In this document: positions 14,830 through 20,000 of the stretch, one piece after another
Layout: each line of letters opens with the position of its first letter
Position numbering within the stretch: position 1 is the stretch's first letter
Origin: an uncultured virus (IMG/VR IMGVR_UViG_3300048018_000259)
Taxonomy: Duplodnaviria; Heunggongvirae; Uroviricota; Caudoviricetes; Crassvirales
Length of the DNA: 20,000 bases
IMG/VR virus record: IMGVR_UViG_3300048018_000259
Strand: one strand, 5' to 3'
The notes under the pieces: model-generated
The model's input: only the letters and a program-made list of their open reading frames with translations
Told to the model about the DNA's origin: nothing
The model's database searches: none
Position numbers and translations under genes: made by a program

Positions 14830-17800
14830 TTAGTTTTCTAATTTAGTTATTCTTGTTTTTAAATCTTCTATTATTTCTTGCTGTTCTTTTATTGCGTTTA
14901 TTAATACAGCTGTTAACTCTGAGTAGGCTACAGATTTAAGTCCGTCTTCTGGTGACTCTATTATAAGCTCTGGTAAGACAGCTTCAACGTCTTGAGCTAT
15001 AACACCTACTTTTGTAGCTTCTGTGTTAAAATCAGTTCTATTATAGTAAACACCTTTCATTGCTTGAACCTTACTAATACAATCACTTATTTCAACAACG
15101 TTTTCCTTAACTCTTGCATCGGAGTTTTGTGTTATGGTACCATTGACTGTCATGTTGGCAGTTGATGGGAAAAACGTATATCTAGTTGAGGCTCCATCTC
15201 TCCAATAAATATTACCACAATTCATGTCAAAATAAGTATTGGCATTATTTGTGTGAAACCTAAAATGATTAGCAGTTGCGTAGTTACCTAAATAAAAATC
15301 AGCAACTCCATTACTATCTTTTATTAGCACTCTTCCATCAACGTCTAATGCTACGTTAGAATTAGGAGATGTTGTATTAATACCAATTCTATTATTAAGC
15401 AAGGTTAACATTGGGCTGTCTGTTATTGCCACGCCGTCACCGGCTCTAAAGTTTATGAAATCTGTGCCAGAAGACACTATTCCGGTTACTTCACTGGAAT
15501 TTTCAAAAGCAATATGACCATTAGAGCTAGAGTCATCATCTCGTATATTTAATATAGATTCATTATTAGATGGATTGTTAATATTAACAACATTTAAAGC
15601 ATCTAATCTGTTATGAACAATTGTTTTTACAGCTCCTCCATCTAAGGTTAAAGCAGGGTCGCTGCCTTTGTATTTAAAAATTAGATCTCCAGAACCTGAT
15701 ACTTCTATTATACCGTTATTGTTTCCACCTCCAAAATTTATATCACCAACTACAGATAGCTTAGCACTCGGACTAGTAGTCCCAATCCCGACGTTTCCGC
15801 CTCCTGAATTTAAAATTACATTATTTCCAAGTTGATTTATATAAAGAGGTTTTGATGCGTGACTTTGTATCCAACTGTATGTAGTGTTACCTCCTATTTT
15901 TAAATTTGTACCTGTTGTTTTTATTTCAACCACACCTGTTCCAGCGGCATCATTAGTTCCTTCTATTACAAGTTTTGTTCCAGGCGAAGTCGTCCCGATA
16001 CCAACGTTTTGACTATTGTTTATAAACATAGCTACACTACCTGATGTAGAAAAACTAGTAGCAAATGCTGATTTTATTTGTATATTATTATTAGTATTTT
16101 CTATATAAGAATCACCAGAAACACTTCCGTCACAGAATATTTCAAGATAATCCCCGCTATTGCTGTCGTTGCTTCTTATTTTACCTTCAACATCTAGTGG
16201 AACCGCAGGATTAGTCATACCAATCCCGACGTTACCTTCAACAATTAATCCATTAGTTGGTGCTGAAGTTGCTGTATAGCTACTACCTATACTAGCATTG
16301 CCGCCAACTGTAAGTCTGCTTCCTAATGTATTTGTAGGCGAAGCTCCAATACCCCAAAAACCAACTTGGTTTGTCATAGTAGAAACACCACCATAAATAT
16401 TAGTACTATCCAAGTTACGAAGAATAAGCGCGTATCTTGTAGCGGCAGTTCCTTGTGATTGTATTGCTACTCCATAACCATTAGTTGCATCACTGTTTGT
16501 GAAACTTGCAGCGGTTCCACCACTAGAGGTTGTTTGATTTATTTTACCTAATACATCAAGCGCACTGACAGGACTAGTTACTCCAATTCCAAGTCTACCG
16601 CCGTTAGTTAATACCATTTTTATATTACCAGAAGTATTAATTGGATCAGATGAAGTTCTGAAATCTAAACGCCCATTAGCGTTCATAATACAAACACCTT
16701 CTGCAGCTGTGTCAGTTTGAAAAAATAATCTACCGGAGTTTGAACCAGCTGAGGTGTCTTTTTTTAGTATTAATCCATTTGCTCCGCTTGAGCTAATATA
16801 TAGTGAATTTGTTAAAGGCTCATTTGGTCCAGCAGCTAAAGGTAACCAAGGACCTATAGAACTACCAGCCGTACTTTTTACTATAAGACCATTAGCATCT
16901 GTACCTAGTATATGCGTTGGGCTACCTGTGTTATTTGTGCCATTATAAGCGTTGAATTTTACAGATCCAGCATTATTTATATTTAAAACTTCTGTACCTG
17001 TAATAGAATCGTTTAGCATTCTAACACTAAACGATGGAGTTCCATCAGTTCCCGCTCTAAGGCCACCAATAGCAACGCCATAATTGTTAACTGGTGATGT
17101 TCCAAAAAAGATATTTGTAAAACCACCTGAGTTTGTAGTTGTTGTTGGGTGCAATCTTAAAAAAGAATCTCTATCAAATTGAGTTGTTACTTGTGATCTT
17201 TGAATTTCTAGTTTTCCTGTGGGACTAGTCGTCCCGATACCTACGTTGCCAGTTGAGGTGATACGCATTTGTTCGCTAGCGTCTTTTCTAAATACATGAT
17301 TGTTACCTATTGCTCCGTATTCAATATTTGCAGTGCTTGAATTATCTCTAAATGAAGCAAAACAGTTAGCGTCTGTGCTTGTAGCATATATAGCTCCATC
17401 AAGAGTTCCTGCTGCAATAGTTAGCATTTGACTATCATAACCTGAGTGACCAATACCAACAGTCCCGCTAGGTCTAATACGCATTTTTTCTGTTAGATTT
17501 GTGTACAACGCGAGAGCATCATTACTTACTGAACCAATTACAACTGCACCTATATTAGTATCAAGTAATCCTGTTCTTGTGCCATCACTCCACTGTAATT
17601 TGTAAGAGGGCGTGCAGTTTATTCCTACGTAGCCTGCAGAAGTGATACGCATTCTTTCTATAGGTGTTCCTGTTAAGGTTGGATTAGTTAATATGCTAAA
17701 ATCTCCACCACCTGATCCGTTTCTTTTGTGTCTTAGTATAGTGCCAAAAGTTCCGGCATTAGTATTACCAGCGATCATTTTTAAATCTACATAATCATTT

Positions 17801-19062
17801 GCGGATCCAGATGTTTGGTGTAATTCTAAAGCAACACCACTACCTGCTCTTCTAACATCTAATCTAGAATTAGGATTAGTTGTCATACCAATTCCTAAGT
17901 TACCACTTGGTATATTAGTATCACCAGTATGATTCCAAAGCTGCAAATATCTAGCATCTGTGTAATTATATAATACAACTCTATCTGCTTCATTGTTAAA
18001 CCCACACAAGTCATTTGCTGTTTTTTGATAACCTTGCAAGAATAATTTTCCAGTTGCTATATCTCCTCCATCAGCATTTATTGCAGATCCAGTATAATCT
18101 TTACCACCAGGGTCAGCCGCGTGTTGATTTGCTTGTATTTGCAGCTTTGACTGAGGACTAGTCGTTCCGATCCCGACGTTGCCGTTGTTTTTAACAAACA
18201 TTGCATTGCTAATAATACCACCAGCATTATTACCTACATCAAATCCTAAACCACCATTATCTACTCCTTGTATTCTAGCTAAAGTTCCTCCAGGGTTTGT
18301 AAATGAAATTAATGAATCTAAACCATCTGTTGAATTATGTAATTTTAGTAAATCTTCAGATGTATTTTCCACTACTAGTCTGTAGCCTGTAGGACTAGTC
18401 GTCCCGATCCCGACGTTGCTGTTTGCAAAGTAAGCATCACCACCACCTCCATTTACAACAAAATCAGTTGATCCAACTCTAAATTGTTCTTGTGGAATTA
18501 ATATAGTAGAACTTGCAGCTCCAGGATCTGTAGCTGTTGCACCGCTGTTAACCCAAGTACCAGTTGAATTTTCAGCCACATAAAAACTACCATCTCCAGT
18601 AAATTGAGGAAAAAGTACATATAAAGTATAGGCTGTTGCTGAAGTACCTGCTGCATTTGCCACCCATTTTATATTGCCGCCTCCCAACGATCCACTTGGC
18701 CCAGTAGTATAAAAACTACTATCAGCAGCAAAACCATTTGCATCAGTACTACCACCATTAGATGTTTTAAATCTTATGTATACCTCATAGTTTTGACTTA
18801 TGGTTGCATTGTAACCATTGTTTGATACAATTTTTATAAAAATACTCTTACCACCCTGACTTGCTGTAAATGTACCCATATTTCTCCAAGCAGCACCAGA
18901 ACCTACTGTTCCCACAGTATACACTGAGCTAAAACCTGAAAACCAATCTACACCTGTACCAGTAGACCTTAAGATTTTTTGTGACGTACCTGCATCTCCA
19001 CTTGTATCTAAAAACTTATTTAATATTTGAAGCTCTGTGCTTATTTTTTTTATTTCTGCCAT
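14830..19062 (-). CDS. Long tail fibre / receptor-binding protein with C-terminal intramolecular chaperone (peptidase S74-like)
   Basis: 1410 aa with about 11 G(N)VGIGTT(S/N)P-type repeats separating variable modules. The C-terminus SDARVKENV...KVGVIAQDVEAVLPELI...VAYSELTAVLINAIKEQQ...L is the S74 autocleaving chaperone pattern. Confidence 0.9.
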   Translation of the reverse strand: MAEIKKISTELQILNKFLDTSGDAGTSQKILRSTGTGVDWFSGFSSVYTVGTVGSGAAWRNMGTFTASQGGKSIFIKIVSNNGYNATISQNYEVYIRFKTSNGGSTDANGFAADSSFYTTGPSGSLGGGNIKWVANAAGTSATAYTLYVLFPQFTGDGSFYVAENSTGTWVNSGATATDPGAASSTILIPQEQFRVGSTDFVVNGGGGDAYFANSNVGIGTTSPTGYRLVVENTSEDLLKLHNSTDGLDSLISFTNPGGTLARIQGVDNGGLGFDVGNNAGGIISNAMFVKNNGNVGIGTTSPQSKLQIQANQHAADPGGKDYTGSAINADGGDIATGKLFLQGYQKTANDLCGFNNEADRVVLYNYTDARYLQLWNHTGDTNIPSGNLGIGMTTNPNSRLDVRRAGSGVALELHQTSGSANDYVDLKMIAGNTNAGTFGTILRHKRNGSGGGDFSILTNPTLTGTPIERMRITSAGYVGINCTPSYKLQWSDGTRTGLLDTNIGAVVIGSVSNDALALYTNLTEKMRIRPSGTVGIGHSGYDSQMLTIAAGTLDGAIYATSTDANCFASFRDNSSTANIEYGAIGNNHVFRKDASEQMRITSTGNVGIGTTSPTGKLEIQRSQVTTQFDRDSFLRLHPTTTTNSGGFTNIFFGTSPVNNYGVAIGGLRAGTDGTPSFSVRMLNDSITGTEVLNINNAGSVKFNAYNGTNNTGSPTHILGTDANGLIVKSTAGSSIGPWLPLAAGPNEPLTNSLYISSSGANGLILKKDTSAGSNSGRLFFQTDTAAEGVCIMNANGRLDFRTSSDPINTSGNIKMVLTNGGRLGIGVTSPVSALDVLGKINQTTSSGGTAASFTNSDATNGYGVAIQSQGTAATRYALILRNLDSTNIYGGVSTMTNQVGFWGIGASPTNTLGSRLTVGGNASIGSSYTATSAPTNGLIVEGNVGIGMTNPAVPLDVEGKIRSNDSNSGDYLEIFCDGSVSGDSYIENTNNNIQIKSAFATSFSTSGSVAMFINNSQNVGIGTTSPGTKLVIEGTNDAAGTGVVEIKTTGTNLKIGGNTTYSWIQSHASKPLYINQLGNNVILNSGGGNVGIGTTSPSAKLSVVGDINFGGGNNNGIIEVSGSGDLIFKYKGSDPALTLDGGAVKTIVHNRLDALNVVNINNPSNNESILNIRDDDSSSNGHIAFENSSEVTGIVSSGTDFINFRAGDGVAITDSPMLTLLNNRIGINTTSPNSNVALDVDGRVLIKDSNGVADFYLGNYATANHFRFHTNNANTYFDMNCGNIYWRDGASTRYTFFPSTANMTVNGTITQNSDARVKENVVEISDCISKVQAMKGVYYNRTDFNTEATKVGVIAQDVEAVLPELIIESPEDGLKSVAYSELTAVLINAIKEQQEIIEDLKTRITKLEN

Positions 19063-19473
19063 GTCTTATGCGTAAGTTGAATTAATTGAATGACCAGTTG
19101 CTTGTACTACAATTCTTGGACTGTATCCTTGGGATCCAGATCTTGTTTTAAATGTAAAAGTTATAGTTGTTCCATCTGCAGAAGCTACAACGTCATAAGT
19201 ATTTGATCCTTCGTCTATCATTTTTCTTGGTCTCCAAGTTGTTGAATCGCAATAACAGCTATATGATATTCTTTGATATTTTCCTGTGCCTCCATAACAT
19301 TTAAATTCAAATCCTGCAGAAGCACCATTAAATCCAGCTGTTAACCCAGCCACTGCGTATCCTGTTGTATTTAAACTACCAGCTACTTTACTATATGTAA
19401 CTAAACCACCAGCTTCTATACCGCCTGATACAGTTAATTTATAAGTAGGATTAGTTGTACCAATCCCGACGTT
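15770..19473 (-). repeat. Dispersed 26-bp direct repeat (coding-strand consensus AACGTCGGGATCGGGACGACTAGTCC) in the tail-fibre genes
   Basis: Copies at 15770-15795, 15983-16008, 16208-16233, 17222-17247, 18155-18180, 18392-18417 and 19448-19473, plus a degenerate copy at 16571-16596. Each encodes an NVGIG(T/M)T(S/N)P-type motif. Confidence 0.85.
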
Positions 19474-20000
19474 GCCGGAAGTATTAATAGTCATTACCGT
19501 ACCTGTTCCATCTGAATCAGATATTTGTAGGTCTCTACTGCTTTGTACATTTGTAAAAACCCAATTTCCAGTATTAGCTTGCAATGTCAGTGTAGAATTA
19601 CCTGTGTCGCCAGTAGCGGTTATATTTGCACCTGTTGTTACATTTCCAGTAAAAGTTGCGTTTTGTGAAGTGTTTATAGTAAGAGCTCTTGCATTTCCAG
19701 CTTTTAATGAAAACGAATGTGCTGTAGATGTACCTAATGACATATCAGTAGTTGCGTCATCATAACTCCAATCACCAGCAACAGCGCCGCCGCTTCTTTG
19801 CGCTTTATATATTATCTTACTATTTCCTGCTGTGTAGTTAGCGGTTGCTGTTACATCACCTGCAAAAGTTGCGTTAGCAACAAATTCTACATCATTATTA
19901 GTTTTAAGTCTAATTTGATGGACATTGTTTGCGCCTAAATAAAGTTCATCTCCAACGGCCGCAAATACTAAACCTGCATTTGTTCCTGCAGTATCAATTC
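19066..20000 (-). CDS. Second tail fibre-like protein (partial, 5' end beyond the right edge)
   Basis: The frame of the track ORF 19066..19743 stays open to the window end (...IDTAGTNAGLVFAAVGDELYLGANNVHQIRL...NATFAGDV...). Contains NATFTGNV and GNVGIGTTNP fibre motifs. Confidence 0.8.
   Translation of the reverse strand, partial: IDTAGTNAGLVFAAVGDELYLGANNVHQIRLKTNNDVEFVANATFAGDVTATANYTAGNSKIIYKAQRSGGAVAGDWSYDDATTDMSLGTSTAHSFSLKAGNARALTINTSQNATFTGNVTTGANITATGDTGNSTLTLQANTGNWVFTNVQSSRDLQISDSDGTGTVMTINTSGNVGIGTTNPTYKLTVSGGIEAGGLVTYSKVAGSLNTTGYAVAGLTAGFNGASAGFEFKCYGGTGKYQRISYSCYCDSTTWRPRKMIDEGSNTYDVVASADGTTITFTFKTRSGSQGYSPRIVVQATGHSINSTYA

Noticed and set aside
15770..19473. CRISPR array or DGR template/variable repeat interpretation of the 26-bp repeats
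   Set aside because: Spacing is irregular (about 200-1000 nt), the repeats are in-frame coding sequence, no cas or reverse transcriptase gene is present, and there is no long TR/VR pair with adenine-specific mismatches.
5804..19765. Remaining plus-strand ORFs in the track (e.g. 5804..6049, 6219..6425, 8705..8935, 12559..12948, 16754..16948, 19472..19765)
   Set aside because: All lie antisense to well-supported minus-strand genes and have no recognisable motifs.

Overview
AT-rich segment of a tailed dsDNA phage genome (Caudoviricetes). Every credible gene lies on the minus strand and the genes are tightly packed, with several stop/start overlaps. In transcription order (right to left) the window holds: two tail-fibre genes built from GNVGIGTTSP modules (the complete one ends in an S74-type intramolecular chaperone), a phage groEL followed by groES, a winged-helix protein, a cluster of small low-complexity proteins, an HExxH metalloprotease-like protein, a secreted protein, a GTA-type holin, a tandem double-GroES-like protein, a probable small terminase, the large terminase, the portal and a probable scaffold protein that runs off the left edge. 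A-rich translation starts with no obvious Shine-Dalgarno sequence suggest a Bacteroidota (Flavobacteriia-like) host, which is an inference. The most notable observations are: (1) a likely overprinted +1-frame membrane/lipoprotein gene nested in the terminase ATPase domain, marked by a local GC/C3 shift that stops at its stop codon; (2) a 26-bp GC-rich DNA motif conserved at synonymous sites at tail-fibre module boundaries, a candidate module-shuffling site; (3) a chaperonin set of GroEL, GroES and a second tandem GroES-like protein next to the head-packaging genes; (4) a shared upstream motif that may be a phage promoter, and a hexamer microsatellite directly upstream of a start codon. All functional calls come from motif recognition, with no database searches run.
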